Source: Neoconidiobolus thromboides FSU 785 (taxonomy: Eukaryota; Fungi; Entomophthoromycota). From it: a DNA stretch of 64,000 nucleotides. The notes under the pieces are model-generated. The model was not told where the DNA came from. It worked only from the letters and a program-made list of their open reading frames with translations, and did no database searches. Location of the stretch: the NCBI GenBank assembly GCA_025603075.1, contig MU626331.1:1-64000 (forward strand), in the 5' to 3' direction. The position numbers were made by a program, and so were the translations under genes. Below are positions 37,552 to 49,596 of the stretch, piece after piece. The first letter of the stretch is position 1; every line of letters begins with the position of its first letter.

Positions 37552-40500
37552 ATGGAATTTCCAAATGCTTTGCTATCTATAAATGTCGCTGAAATGAACA
37601 GCGAGAGTATCTATCAAATAGTTCGGGAAATCAAAACTGAAAATATGGTTATCGTTCTTGTTTTTTTCATCTTATCTTTTATCAATAATCCTTTTGAATT
37701 TCAATTGATTGAACTCGCTATACAACACCTCCGTGACCAAGCTAATAACTTTGATGAGATCATGGGTGATGCTTTATTTACTGTTGAGAATCAAGTCGAA
37801 TCAGAAGAGCATGTTGCTCTATTTTATAAGTTTATTTTAGGGTTGCTGACTCATGGCTACATCTCTGAAGACGCTCTTGGTGAAAGGCTTGACTTTAAAA
37901 CACTCAAAAGCCTTAAGCTCATTAGGGACGATGGGAACTTAAACAAAAGGCTTGTCCGATATAATACTGCTCAATTGTATAAACAGGTTAAATTCAATTT
38001 GTTACATGAGTCTTCACTTGGGTATAGTGCTCTTTTCAATGTCATCTTTTGTGCTTTTATGGATAAGACACCTATTGAGGTTGTTCATCGGGATATAGCT
38101 CATTTAGTTGGGGTTCATGCTCTTGATCCTGCCCATGTAATTGACATCGTTATCTCTGTATTTGCCCAATGCCTTGAAGATAATTATGAATACTTTTTAT
38201 TTTTGCTAAGTAATTCTCCTTGGTTTAACAATGATCGAGAATTAGGGATCAAAACTTTTACTGATATAATTGCTTTTAAATTGGCTAATCTTTTGGTACT
38301 TGGTAATGTATCAGAATCCGATTGTATCAGATATTATCACGTTGCTGCTTTGCTTATTAAATGCGGTTTAGTTGACTTAGAGGTCCTTTATTGCAGGCTC
38401 TCTCCTTCAGACGAAAAATGGCAAGAAATTTATAAGGAATGCTTATACGACATGAAAACTCAAAAGCATAAATTAGCGCAAGGTGTTATGGCAAGTCTTG
38501 ATGAAACTTCATCAAATGAGGACGAGGATACAAAAAAGGAAGAAGAAACGGAAATAGAAGTCGAACCACCTAATCAAAAGCTAGGCTTACTTCGTGCTTT
38601 ACTATCAATAGGTGCTCTTAATGGCTCACAATGGGTTATTTGTACTGAACCTACCTTCCTTGCTGCTGATCCTATCAGCTGTAAGCTTTTATGCAGAGTT
38701 ATTAATAGAATGATTGATTCTGCCGGAGAAGTCCATAATCCTTCATTTTGCCCAGGGAAATTAGTAGGACTTTCTGGACCATCTAAGAATGCACCAACTA
38801 TTGACAAGATGGAAGTTGCTCTTGATCCATTAACTTGCCAGATTAACCACGAATTCTATTGTAAAAACTGGGATAACGAGATTGTAAAATTAGGAATTAC
38901 GTTTGATAAATTTGATCACGTGTTTCATTGGTTGCACTATTTAGGACCTAACATCAATGACTCTTTATTATATAATAAATTAGCCAGCATGGCTAAAAAG
39001 CCACTTGAAGACAATATCAACCGTTTAACAGATACACCTTGGTATCAAGTATTAATGAAAACTTTATTACCAGGGTTACAATTTGTGGGTATGAATATAG
39101 GAATCTTTGGTGTATTATGGGAAACGGTGCGCAAGTTACCCACAGGCTTGAGGTATGGTATCTATGGTTTATGGGCTGATAAATCTTTTTCTACTGCTGA
39201 GTTTAAAGCCAAAAGAAATTCAATTAGGATTCAATCAAATCAGCTTATTACTAGGATCACTGACCAGAATTCTGAAGATTTTGCTAGATATTTCAAAGAG
39301 TTGATTTATAAAGATCCTATTGTTGCTATTCACAAGGTTTTATTAGATGTCATGATTTACAACCGTCTTAGCCCTTATCTTGACACTTTTCAATTTATTG
39401 CTGACTTTATACCTGACGTTTTTGTCTTTACTTTTCTTAACTTTTTAAGCGATCCAGAAGCCGGAGACTTACAAGAATCTTCCCGTCTTAAAGATGACTG
39501 TATTAACACTGGAGATTGGCTAAGAAATTTGGCTGACTTTGTTACTCTTATTTCAAGAAAAACTAAAGTATTCCGTTTAGACATACTCTTTACATACATC
39601 ATTGACCAGTTACATGCAGGGAATGGTTTTGATCTTGCCTTCCTTTCAGCATTGCTTCATAAAATGGGTGGTGTAGATAGTACTGAAAATGTCAGTGATG
39701 TTTACTTTTTAAGTGGAGGAAAAAATCTCAGAACTGAGGCCTTCCCACAAGGAGCTTCAATCAAAGCTTCATCCAGCAGTGCTTCTCGTTTATATGAATC
39801 CCTTATAGACTCTAAGTCCTTACCAATATTACTTGTACTACTCTGTCAACATTTGCAAAGCGTCATTTATGACAATAAGTGCACTCCTTACTTAGAGGAA
39901 CGTGAAATCAATGGTAAGAACCTTGTTCCTGGATTAAAGGATTCTTTTATAGCCAAATACCATGGTGGGCTTTCTTTCACTAAAGTTAGAGCTTCTCATT
40001 ATACTTCTGTACAAGACATTTTGCATCGTCTTACTGATTTTTTGTATATTCAACTAGACCCGAAGATCAAAGACCCCTTCATCCTTCCTTCTTTAGATCA
40101 ACTAGTGCATAATTACAAACTATCGCCCACATTAGCATTCAATATCATTAGACCTCTACTATCTTGTGGTGTGTATAACGAATATATATCTGAGTCCAGG
40201 ACTTCTAATATAAATAATGAGATTGAACAGAATGAGACAGTTGAAGGAAAAGAACAGCTTGATCAAAATAGTACTGTAAATCTTGGTCAAGAAAACTCAG
40301 AAACACCTAATAAGATTTGGTTAAATAGTATTAAACCTATTTTCACCCAAATAGAGAATTTTATCAATAAGCCTGTTTTATCAATAATTAATGTTGGTTT
40401 TTATGCTACTTTTTGGCAACTTAGATTGTACGATATCAACATTCCTTTTGTCCAATATCAAGCCCAATTCGATATTTTTGATCCACAAATTCAGTCGCTT

Positions 40501-43137
40501 ATAAGTGATAGTAAAAAGAGACGCCTTAATTCTGAGGAAAAAGAAAGGCTTGGTGAGCTTAGGGAGCGTCGCGAAGCCTTAGAAAAAGAGTTAGAGACTC
40601 AGAAAAGACTATATGCTTTAACAACTAACCGAATCAATCGTGAGAAGGATAATTGGTTTGCTACAGATGCGAACCCATCCGATATCATGGACCACATCAT
40701 TACTTCCTGCCTAATTCCTCGCCTTGTATTTTCTGATTCTGATGCAGTTTATTGTGCAAAATTTTTGTTCCTGTTACATTCATTTAATTTTAAGAGCTTT
40801 TCAATTACAATAATGGTTACTAAACTTTTAAAGTACTTCAAACAACTTTTATCTACTTGTACCAAATCCGAAGGACGTTTCCTTGCTCTTTTCACCAAAG
40901 AATTATTTCAGTTTTTAAAGAATTGGTATTCTAAAGAGGAAGAATATAAAAAAGATATCATAGAAAAGAAGTGTTATGGGTTTGCTTTAAATTCTGGATT
41001 ATTGGAAATCCCGAACATTGAAAATATTCAATCTGATTATCTTCCACATGATGAATATTGTAAACTTTATCACCAATGGGAAGCTAATCTATTTAATATA
41101 TGTTGTTTTGGCCTAGATTCTGCTCAGTACCTTCAGACATTTAACACAGTTGAAATACTCGTAAAGCTAGACAATATCTTCCCACGTTCAAACACGCACA
41201 TTGAAGGCTTAATCAGAAAAGCTGATGATGCAATTGCCAACGACTCCAACAGAGAATATACTTCTTTACTTATTACTTATCGTGGTATATTGCAATTCAT
41301 GATTAGGGCAAAACAAAATAACGAAAATAGGCCACCTAACGGTGCAGATCCTAGAAGAGAATCAACCACGCGAGCTAATAGGCCAAACAATACAGATCCA
41401 TATTCTAGACAAAACCGTCCTTCTAATATTGGTTCAAGAACTACCACTTCAAGGGATGATGGCTCAAGAGCTAATCCCAGACCTGATAGAGGAAGTTCTA
41501 GAAATGACTATGATAGAAACACCAGAAGATCTCCTGCGCGCACCTCCAACTCAACCCGCCATTCTAGTGGAAGGACTAGACCAACGTCCCGAGGTAGAGA
41601 AGATGAAGGCCTTTCATCAACCCAACGTAGGCCTGAAACATCCCCTGGTAATGGGCAATCTCGCTTGCAAACTGGTGAGCCAGGGCTTAAAGAACAACCT
41701 TATACTAAGCAAGAGGTGCAAGTCGATCAAAATCAAAGTCAAAGCACTCAAAGTCGTGATGCTGGTTATGTACGTAATGATCAACCATCTCAACGATCTA
41801 GATCGGATGAATTTAAGGAGCATGTGAATAATGTTCCTCAATCTAATATTGAACCTAAATCCAATGCTCCAGCCCACAGCGGTCAACGTCGTCAACCACT
41901 AACCAACGCTAGGCCCCCGGTAGCTCAACAAGTTGACCAAAAGCCTTATCCTTCAAATAACAATAAGAACCAAGCTCCAACATCTCAACAAAAAAGTCCA
42001 GAGCAAAGGCTTCAACCCCAATCCAACATAGACAAAGCTCCACCATCTCAATCTCAGCCTAATAATCCTGGGCAAAGAAATCAACCTCCATTCAATGATA
42101 ATAAAGTCTCAACTCCTCAACTCCAATCTAATAACTCTAATCAAAATCATCAAGTCTCATCTAGTAACAATAGACCTGCCCCACCCCAATCTTATCCAAG
42201 CAACTCTGGTTCACTTGGACAAAGGAACCAACCTCTACAGAATGAAAACAGAAACCCTCCCCTCTCTCAATCACGTTCTAATAACAGATATGATAAATTA
42301 GGAGATAGACTATCAGGTCCTCAGAAGCATCAATCTAATGACGTACAGGGACCACAAAGAGCATCTGGGTCAATGAATACAAGCACTAATAGCCAAGGTC
42401 GTGTTGTAGCTAATAACAATCCAGGCAGTTATGCTAATGAAAGAGTCCATTCATCCCAGGGAAATGAACACCAACAAATGCCTGTAAGAGGTACTCGTAA
42501 TATTGTAGCTAATACCAATGAACAACGTGATCATCGTGATTATCCCGATCAGCGCAATCAACGCCAAGATAACAGGCAGGAGTTGTTCAACTCAACGAAT
42601 CAACACAATCAACGTCAAGATCCATCTAATAATTCAACAAACCAAGGAATGCGCTCAAGTAATCCTCAAGTAAGAAGCCCTAAGCGCCAGCGTGGGGATA
42701 ATATGGGAGGTTATCAAAACAATGAGGGAAATTTCCGTAATACAAAAGGGAAATTTAACAACGAACAAGATGATTATGACAATCACTATAAACAGGGTCA
42801 ATATAAAGACCACTATCCCCATATGGATCAAAACAACTTTGACAGAAATCGTCGACACGATAATTTCAATCGTTCTAGGAACTTAATGAATGCTCATTTA
42901 CGTGATTCACGTGGCAATTTTGGGAATCAGCATAGAGATGGTTTCCAAGGGCAAAATCAACGTAGAGATCAAAATCAACGCAGAGATGATGATTATCAAG
43001 GTCAGCGCAGAGATGGTGATGATGACTTTCAGGGCCAAAATCAACGCAGAGATCAAAATCAACGTAGAGATAATGATGACTTTCAAGGGCAACCACCTCG
43101 TGGTAATTATTATTCAGGCTCTCGCTCTCGCCGTTAA
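37552..43137 (+). CDS. THO2: THO complex subunit 2 (Tho2/THOC2), single exon, 1861 aa, long Q/N/R/D-rich tail
   Basis: LYKQVKFNLLHES..GYS, LDPAHVIDIV, RLKDD...WLRNLADF, FYATFWQLRLYDINIP and CLIPRLVFSDSDAVYCAKF correspond to Tho2 blocks known from other eukaryotes. Confidence 0.85.
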   Translation: MEFPNALLSINVAEMNSESIYQIVREIKTENMVIVLVFFILSFINNPFEFQLIELAIQHLRDQANNFDEIMGDALFTVENQVESEEHVALFYKFILGLLTHGYISEDALGERLDFKTLKSLKLIRDDGNLNKRLVRYNTAQLYKQVKFNLLHESSLGYSALFNVIFCAFMDKTPIEVVHRDIAHLVGVHALDPAHVIDIVISVFAQCLEDNYEYFLFLLSNSPWFNNDRELGIKTFTDIIAFKLANLLVLGNVSESDCIRYYHVAALLIKCGLVDLEVLYCRLSPSDEKWQEIYKECLYDMKTQKHKLAQGVMASLDETSSNEDEDTKKEEETEIEVEPPNQKLGLLRALLSIGALNGSQWVICTEPTFLAADPISCKLLCRVINRMIDSAGEVHNPSFCPGKLVGLSGPSKNAPTIDKMEVALDPLTCQINHEFYCKNWDNEIVKLGITFDKFDHVFHWLHYLGPNINDSLLYNKLASMAKKPLEDNINRLTDTPWYQVLMKTLLPGLQFVGMNIGIFGVLWETVRKLPTGLRYGIYGLWADKSFSTAEFKAKRNSIRIQSNQLITRITDQNSEDFARYFKELIYKDPIVAIHKVLLDVMIYNRLSPYLDTFQFIADFIPDVFVFTFLNFLSDPEAGDLQESSRLKDDCINTGDWLRNLADFVTLISRKTKVFRLDILFTYIIDQLHAGNGFDLAFLSALLHKMGGVDSTENVSDVYFLSGGKNLRTEAFPQGASIKASSSSASRLYESLIDSKSLPILLVLLCQHLQSVIYDNKCTPYLEEREINGKNLVPGLKDSFIAKYHGGLSFTKVRASHYTSVQDILHRLTDFLYIQLDPKIKDPFILPSLDQLVHNYKLSPTLAFNIIRPLLSCGVYNEYISESRTSNINNEIEQNETVEGKEQLDQNSTVNLGQENSETPNKIWLNSIKPIFTQIENFINKPVLSIINVGFYATFWQLRLYDINIPFVQYQAQFDIFDPQIQSLISDSKKRRLNSEEKERLGELRERREALEKELETQKRLYALTTNRINREKDNWFATDANPSDIMDHIITSCLIPRLVFSDSDAVYCAKFLFLLHSFNFKSFSITIMVTKLLKYFKQLLSTCTKSEGRFLALFTKELFQFLKNWYSKEEEYKKDIIEKKCYGFALNSGLLEIPNIENIQSDYLPHDEYCKLYHQWEANLFNICCFGLDSAQYLQTFNTVEILVKLDNIFPRSNTHIEGLIRKADDAIANDSNREYTSLLITYRGILQFMIRAKQNNENRPPNGADPRRESTTRANRPNNTDPYSRQNRPSNIGSRTTTSRDDGSRANPRPDRGSSRNDYDRNTRRSPARTSNSTRHSSGRTRPTSRGREDEGLSSTQRRPETSPGNGQSRLQTGEPGLKEQPYTKQEVQVDQNQSQSTQSRDAGYVRNDQPSQRSRSDEFKEHVNNVPQSNIEPKSNAPAHSGQRRQPLTNARPPVAQQVDQKPYPSNNNKNQAPTSQQKSPEQRLQPQSNIDKAPPSQSQPNNPGQRNQPPFNDNKVSTPQLQSNNSNQNHQVSSSNNRPAPPQSYPSNSGSLGQRNQPLQNENRNPPLSQSRSNNRYDKLGDRLSGPQKHQSNDVQGPQRASGSMNTSTNSQGRVVANNNPGSYANERVHSSQGNEHQQMPVRGTRNIVANTNEQRDHRDYPDQRNQRQDNRQELFNSTNQHNQRQDPSNNSTNQGMRSSNPQVRSPKRQRGDNMGGYQNNEGNFRNTKGKFNNEQDDYDNHYKQGQYKDHYPHMDQNNFDRNRRHDNFNRSRNLMNAHLRDSRGNFGNQHRDGFQGQNQRRDQNQRRDDDYQGQRRDGDDDFQGQNQRRDQNQRRDNDDFQGQPPRGNYYSGSRSRR
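42940..43095 (+). repeat. Coding repeat (DD)FQGQNQRRDQNQRRD in the Tho2 tail
   Basis: CAAAATCAACG(T/C)AGAGAT occurs four times, within two longer units. Confidence 0.8.
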
Positions 43138-43379
43138 AAGCCTTTAAGTATGTTTGGTTCATTTTTAAATTCAAAGTTTATTACTCAATAGTTTTATAGA
43201 GTTGGGTATAAATATATGGCGTTGATTATAATAATATTTCCTATCAAACATGAACTTTATTTTCTCAATAAATTTATAATATTTGAAATAAGTTTCTTGT
43301 ATCGTTTATTTGAATAAGTCTAAAATAAATTATAAAATTATGAAGATGGGAGTAAATTTAAAAATGGTTTAGGATTAAA

Positions 43380-43485
43380 ATATGGGGATGTATTTATTAT
43401 TTGAGAGCTTTACTAATAATTTTTCCGCTTAAATAGCGCTTAAAAGATGGAAAAAGTAATGAAATCAAAAAAAATATCCTCATAT
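43380..43485 (+). mobile_element. MITE family A copy
   Basis: ATATGGGGATGTATTT...CCGCTTAAATAGCGCTTAAAAGATGGAAAAAG...ATATCCTCATAT. Confidence 0.85.
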
Positions 43486-43775
43486 ATATAATCTTTAAAT
43501 TTATTTAGGTTTAAGTTTGTAAAGTTATGTGAGTATTTTTTTATCCCATTATTTTATCTGCTTTTTATACTATGAAAATAATGGGAAACTATTAACTAAA
43601 CGTTAAAGTAAAAAAGTATCCCAATATGAGGGGTACTATAAAAATAAACAAAACAGCATTTTTAAAATAAGTAAAAGCGGGAAAAGGTGAGTTTTGGGTT
43701 TAAACTGTCTCACGTTAAAAGTAGATTTACTAAATTTAATATCAAATAGTTAATTAATTTATATATATTGTTCAA

Positions 43776-45032
43776 TTAAGAATGTTTCGATCTACTCTCT
43801 TTAATAAGCTCTCTTTCAGGTTTTGTTTTGAAAGCAAGCGAAACAAAGTTAGGCACTTTATTAAGCAGATCTATATAATAATTTTGTAAAGCTTCATTTT
43901 GTCTCACTCTAGTCAAATTAAGTTTGTTCATTTGGGCCCATTTAACTGGCATTGGATTTCTTTTAACAACTTTATAAGGCCTCAAGCCTTTAGGTGTAAT
44001 TGTGCTAACATTACTAGTTACTGGTCCAACTTGATTTGAAAGCTTCGAAATTAATTGTGGTAATGTCAATTGCGAATTGACTCCATTTAAAATCGGATTA
44101 TTATCAATCAGACTTTCTATCACGTTCGTGACGGCTGGTACTGGGTCATAAGACCTTCTCTGTACATTTTGTTTTAACGTAGTTGGATAAGAAGGATAGG
44201 TATAACAATATATATCTTTAGTGGTATTTAAAGTGCTGTTCACGTCATACTTCCAAGTAATCAATGGGTCATTGAGCCCTACTTTAGTTTGATAAACGTC
44301 CCCATCGTATTGCAGCGACTTTGGATTTCTACGCTGCCAATTATACCACAAAAGATCCATAAACGAATGATGTAAATAAAACAATGGATCGTTTGGTGAT
44401 ATCATCTGAGTAAAATCCATCCCACCACCAATATTATTATGAGGATCGGCATGTACCTGCTCCACATTATCTTCAAAATCAGAAAACTTTTTTAGGTTCA
44501 AGAAAGGGTTAATCACTTCTGGAATTGCAAATTTACTTATTTTGGAACCTAAATCATAGCTTCTTTGCAAGCAATGATCTGTATCGTATTTTAAAGTCAT
44601 ATAAGCAAACTCGCCATCTTGTACGCAGTAAGTGTTATTGCTATTACCATTGCTACCAAAATACCAATCCGAAAGCACTAGAGAGTCTTGTGGTGCTTGA
44701 GCATCGATAGACCAATCCCAATAAGGTAGCATAACCGAACTGTCAATCTTTTGTAGCTCCATTTCATATAGTCGGATAAAGTGACGATGCCAGGGTAAGA
44801 ATCTAGGTACTGAGTGGGAGATCTCATGGTTTTCATTATGTACTTTGGTAAATTGTTCATGAATTGATAAGTTAGTATTGCTGTATTGTGTGTTATGTAA
44901 AGACCTTACAGCATCGGTGAATCTATATAATTCATCCGAGGTGAGGTCACGGATTTCTTTACGTTCTCGCGGAGAGGTACACGTTTGCGTGTAAACAACG
45001 GCAATAAATAAAGGGAGGTATAGCAATTTCAT
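43776..45032 (-). CDS. Secreted tyrosinase / type-3 copper protein (418 aa)
   Basis: Signal peptide, ERKEIRDLT, CuA KVH...SH...FLPWHR, CuB VHADPH...SPNDPLFYLHH, YTY tyrosine motif, and a C-terminal extension. Confidence 0.92.
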   Translation of the reverse strand: MKLLYLPLFIAVVYTQTCTSPRERKEIRDLTSDELYRFTDAVRSLHNTQYSNTNLSIHEQFTKVHNENHEISHSVPRFLPWHRHFIRLYEMELQKIDSSVMLPYWDWSIDAQAPQDSLVLSDWYFGSNGNSNNTYCVQDGEFAYMTLKYDTDHCLQRSYDLGSKISKFAIPEVINPFLNLKKFSDFEDNVEQVHADPHNNIGGGMDFTQMISPNDPLFYLHHSFMDLLWYNWQRRNPKSLQYDGDVYQTKVGLNDPLITWKYDVNSTLNTTKDIYCYTYPSYPTTLKQNVQRRSYDPVPAVTNVIESLIDNNPILNGVNSQLTLPQLISKLSNQVGPVTSNVSTITPKGLRPYKVVKRNPMPVKWAQMNKLNLTRVRQNEALQNYYIDLLNKVPNFVSLAFKTKPERELIKESRSKHS

Positions 45033-45406
45033 TCAAATAATTAGTTTTTCAATGCTAAGGGTTTTTTGATGTATTTATATTAAATTTGGATTTGCTTTAA
45101 TAAAATATGTCTTCTCTACTTTTAGTAGATTTATTAAGCAAGTCAGCCCATTTCTTCAAATCTCTAAAAATAATTAAGCCTTAAATAGTAAGGCGTTTAT
45201 CTTTCTCTTTACTATTTTGCTGCAAAAGCCTCAATCTCATTGCTGTGTTTAAATTAGCATTCTAATAAAGCTTTATTTTTATTTAGAAAATTCCCAATTA
45301 CCACTAAAACTTAATTAATGGAAATGAAAGATTTAGATAACATTTTAATTATATTAAATTTTAAAATTTATGATTTAATGGTGTAGATTTCGTTTAATAA
45401 ACTATA

Positions 45407-45577
45407 TATAGCTGTTGTAGCTCTTTTATGACTTTTTTAGTGGTAGTTTTCAAAACCAAATTATATTTATGACCAATTTTTTTAAAACTTGATCCTCATA
45501 GTTTACCTGAATTTTGATACAATTTATTTTCTTAAACGAACAGCTAATTAAGCCTAAAAAGAGTTACAGCAGTTGTA
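45407..45577 (+). mobile_element. MITE family B copy
   Basis: TA|TAGCTGTTGTAGCTCTTTTATGAC ... AAAAAGAGTTACAGCAGTTG|TA. The interior aligns by eye with the 17473 and 19582 copies. Confidence 0.75.
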
Positions 45578-47474
45578 TCAAAGCCATTTAATAAATTTTC
45601 GCACAGGTACTGATGTTATGATAATATTATTTTATCAGATAACAAATTCACTTAAGTGATCCAACAAAAAACATCTATTGTAAATTAATGCAGTGTTCTT
45701 GTTAAAAATAGTAAAAACCACTTCATAGAATAAATAAAAGCTATCTTGCCTTGCTAAAAATAGAGTTCTATTGTCTTATTTTATAATTAACTTGTATTGC
45801 TTAATCTGGCTAAATTTTAAGAAATTATTTTTTACTTTTTTTGATAGCCATATGAGCATTGAGCCTACGTCGAAGCAGAAATAGGCTTGCATCCCTTTGA
45901 AAATAAGGATTTATATATACTGTTAAAATATCAACATTGATGGCGTTGTAATTGATATTTTTAATACTATATTATATTAAATATGGTACTTGATCTATCT
46001 ATGATGTCAGTCTAAGTAAGCTACAAAATACTTAATAAAACTACCGTTTAAAAAATTGGCATAATACATAATCGTTTTAAACTTCGTAAACTTTTACAAA
46101 TTTAGACTCTATTATAAAGTTATTGAACAGTTTAAATTTCATTTTATTTTTAAACATTCTAGGTATAATTATATAGATATTTTTGGAATTATTTGTCAAA
46201 CCTGTTTGAAAAGATTTAATCTTTTAGATGTCTCCTAATTCGTTTTCATTCGTTCCAAAGTAAATGATATTTTAACTAAAAAGTCGAATCACTCATACCT
46301 TAAGATACCTTTTGCGCGTTGTATAAATTGTGTCGTTACTAAGAGTTTTTAATCATAGTAATGCCAACGTTTGTATTTTTATTAATAAATGATATCGTGT
46401 CCTCTTATTCTTAGCAACTATTAGTAACAAAGTTTAGACCTAAGTAAGCAAAGTTAGCTCTTTAAAAAAGATAATAAAATAAATTGCATAAAAACACTTA
46501 TTTTTACTTATCTATTAGCTTCAGATGTATTTATATTAGCTGCTGCCCATTCCATAATTAATATGATTTTAAAGTCTATAGTTACTATGCTATTGCTTAT
46601 TCATGCTCATCTATCCCAGCTTAGTAATTGAAATAATTTTAGGGTGGTTGTAAATGACCAAGTATAAAACTCTAGTAAAAGTTAAAGCAACTTTTTACAG
46701 TTTTAACTAACATTTAAACCTACCAAAATTTGTAACTGAGTTAAAATTAAAATTAAAAATTAGAATGACTTTTCATCATTTCGCATTGTTTTGGGGGAAT
46801 ATTTTTGAAATTTATTCTTTTTCAAAAAAGATATCTTTTATTAACATTTATGCTTATTTCCTTTGTTGTAATGAATTAAATTCGGAAAAATGTTGAACCT
46901 TGGGCCCTAAATATAAACAAGTTGTTATACTTTATAATGTTATTTAAATCACACTTTTATTTCAAAAAGACTTTGATATAACAAAAATATTAAAAAATTC
47001 ATTGAGCTTTGTTAGTATCTTTTTCTTTTTTAATCTCAGCATCTTTAATAATAATGAAGTAATAATATTCTTAGCAATTCGCTTACTTTACTTTGTTAAT
47101 TGTTATTTATTACTACTTTAGGTATATATATAAAATTAAAGTGATCTCAGATTTAGCACAGGACCCATAAAGAAATGTCGACTGCTTACTACAGCTAAAT
47201 CAGAGGATTTGAATGTCAAAGAATATTATAAAAGTTTAGATACTAATTATTTCAAATTTATTGTATTATGGATACTAGTCAACAGGACCCATTTTTTATA
47301 ACTTAACAGATATTTGATTATGACTTTATACAAATATTCATGTTCGCAATCTTCTGCTTAATAAATTGAGTTAAAATCCTAAACAAAAACACTAGCTTAA
47401 GTATGCATATTCATATTCATATTAATTAATTTACTACTATTTCAAAAATTAATAAGATCATAACTAAGTTAATA

Positions 47475-47981
47475 TTACACACCACGAAGTAGCAAGAATC
47501 CTAAAGTAGAGAATATAAGGATGTGAAGCTCCTTTGGGATATTAAAAAATAGTTTGAAATCCCCATTTTCGCGAGAAAAAGTGCCAATGGTTGCTTCTGG
47601 TTTTAAGGAGCAATTTAAGATCCATTTATCTGTATAAAATGTCCAATAATAATATATGGCAGCTTCATGACTTGGACAGATAATAATTTCAGCATGATAA
47701 GCTTCATTGCTTTTTAGTTTCAATTGGAATTTTAAATCAGAAAGCTTACTAGCTGGGTCTACTAAACTTATTTTAAACTCGTTTTTTGCGAAGAAATGTG
47801 CTTTAGTTATCTTTGCTAATGGTAAATTATTCGCAGATAATAAAAGAGTGCATTTATTATTAATCAGTATGGATTTGTATTGGTGATTCAAAGTGGAGTC
47901 ATCAGTTACTAAAGATATATTATAATTTTTTAATTGATTATTTGGATCTTTTTCAAATTTATATTTTATTAAACTTTCCAT
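47475..47981 (-). CDS. Uncharacterised 168-aa protein, probable tubby-C/LURP-one-like beta-barrel; paralog of 54277-54789
   Basis: Alternating beta-type pattern with a terminal hydrophobic helix (KELHILIFSTLGFL). Shares LPLAKI, LSDLK, AYxAEI, YYWT.Y and KEL..L..xTL.FL with its paralog. Confidence 0.7.
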   Translation of the reverse strand: MESLIKYKFEKDPNNQLKNYNISLVTDDSTLNHQYKSILINNKCTLLLSANNLPLAKITKAHFFAKNEFKISLVDPASKLSDLKFQLKLKSNEAYHAEIIICPSHEAAIYYYWTFYTDKWILNCSLKPEATIGTFSRENGDFKLFFNIPKELHILIFSTLGFLLLRGV

Positions 47982-49490
47982 GCTTAACTACTATTTTGTT
48001 AGAGTGCTTCTTGATATTTATTGTATATATACTATATCCTTTTCCTACTCTATTTAAGCTTGATTACTTGGCACTTACCTAGATTGATATTTTGTTCCAG
48101 AGCAACAATTATAAAAACTCGGAAAGAAATTGGAACCTCCAAAGTAGGTGACCTTTATAAGGTTGAAAATCAATTAAAAAATAAAGTATAAGCATAAATG
48201 TGATTTCATATATATATATATTATTACTCATATTTCAAATCCTTTAAAAAAAGGTAGAAGAGTTTACCTTTTGGATTTGAGATCCTTTGAGTTTTATTCA
48301 TAAAGTTATATTATGATTTACTACGTTTTAGTTTATAGCTATATCAATTTCTAATAATTTTATTAGTCTTATGCGAATTCAAAGTTGCCGAACCTTGGCA
48401 GATAGAATGGTATAGTATAAAAACACACCAAAAGACACGTGACTACAGTATATGTAGTCAAGAGTAGTTTGTAATTAGTAACATATACCAATATCCTTGG
48501 CTATTCGTATTCGCGTAATAGTTAATAAAAGGTGGCATTGTGTAAAAAAAAAGATTGAATTTATCTAAAACTAAGTAGCAATTATTTTACTATTAAACAT
48601 AAGTAGTAAAGTAAGATATAAAAAATAATTTTATCTTATAGCTATTGCAAAGTTATTGACAAAATAAGTCTGTAAAACTTTTGACACTTAATATTATTAT
48701 GTAATATAAAGAGTTTAATAATTTTTGTATAAGATAAAATTCAGTTAAAAAAATATTTCTTATGTTTCACATTAAACTAGCTTTTTATAGCATATATTGC
48801 TAGTCTTTCTTGTTTTTGACTATTATTCAATATCTCAAAAATTACTATGTAAATTTCAACTTAAATGATCCTACTTTGGTGCATAATGCCAAGGGTTTAG
48901 AAAAGATATAGAATATTTATACACAATATAGCCATTATCAGTATGTTCAATATAAAACCTATAAAGCTGATATTCTACATATATGTTTATATAGTATTTT
49001 TAAACACAATTGAAAAAAAGTATTTAATTACTTTTTACTGAAAAACAACTGTTCAAGTTTAACCATTTAATTTCTAGGATAACTTGTGTCAGATTGTAAA
49101 AACTAAACTTGGATTTGTGTAAAATATAGTAGCAAGTAAATTTAATAACTTAATAGTATTAATTTACTTGTATATTAATTTACTCCTTTACCTAAAATTA
49201 TAAAAAGTATATATTCATAAAGTATAATCAGTTATAAAAAAACATTAGTCTTTGAAACCAATAGCTTATTTGAACTTTTTCCTTTAGACTTAATCAAACT
49301 GCTTATTCTAGCTCAATAAAAACAAAATATAATTTAGTGTCGTAAAAAAAGTTCAATGATAATCAAATTCAGATTACAAAAACCAAAATCTTGTCATGGT
49401 CATTATGCTATAGATTTATACAACTTTTTCTTTTACTTATCTTTCAAGCTATAAAATCAGATCACAGACTTATCTTTTGATTTATATAAG

Positions 49491-49596
49491 ATATAAGTAT
49501 GTATTTTTTTGTTTAAGAATTCCACTAACAAATTTTCCATTAAAATAGCGCTTAAAAGATGGAAAAAATAATGAGATCAAAAAAATATCACTATAT
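49491..49596 (+). mobile_element. MITE family A copy, eroded TIRs
   Basis: GTTTAAGAATT...AAATAGCGCTTAAAAGATGGAAAAAATAATGAG core. Confidence 0.75.

Noticed and set aside
38574-43174. Nested and antisense ORFs within THO2
   Set aside because: By-products of a long, relatively GC-rich reading frame and its terminal repeats.
43525-43628. Possible highly decayed family A copy with an internal CCCATTATTTT/AAAATAATGGG inversion
   Set aside because: The core motif is not recognisable enough to count it as a copy.
48440-48460. Perfect 8-bp hairpin TGACTACA-GTATA-TGTAGTCA next to CACGTG
   Set aside because: Single occurrence, no CTRR Helitron end at the expected distance, and an 8-bp stem is expected occasionally by chance.
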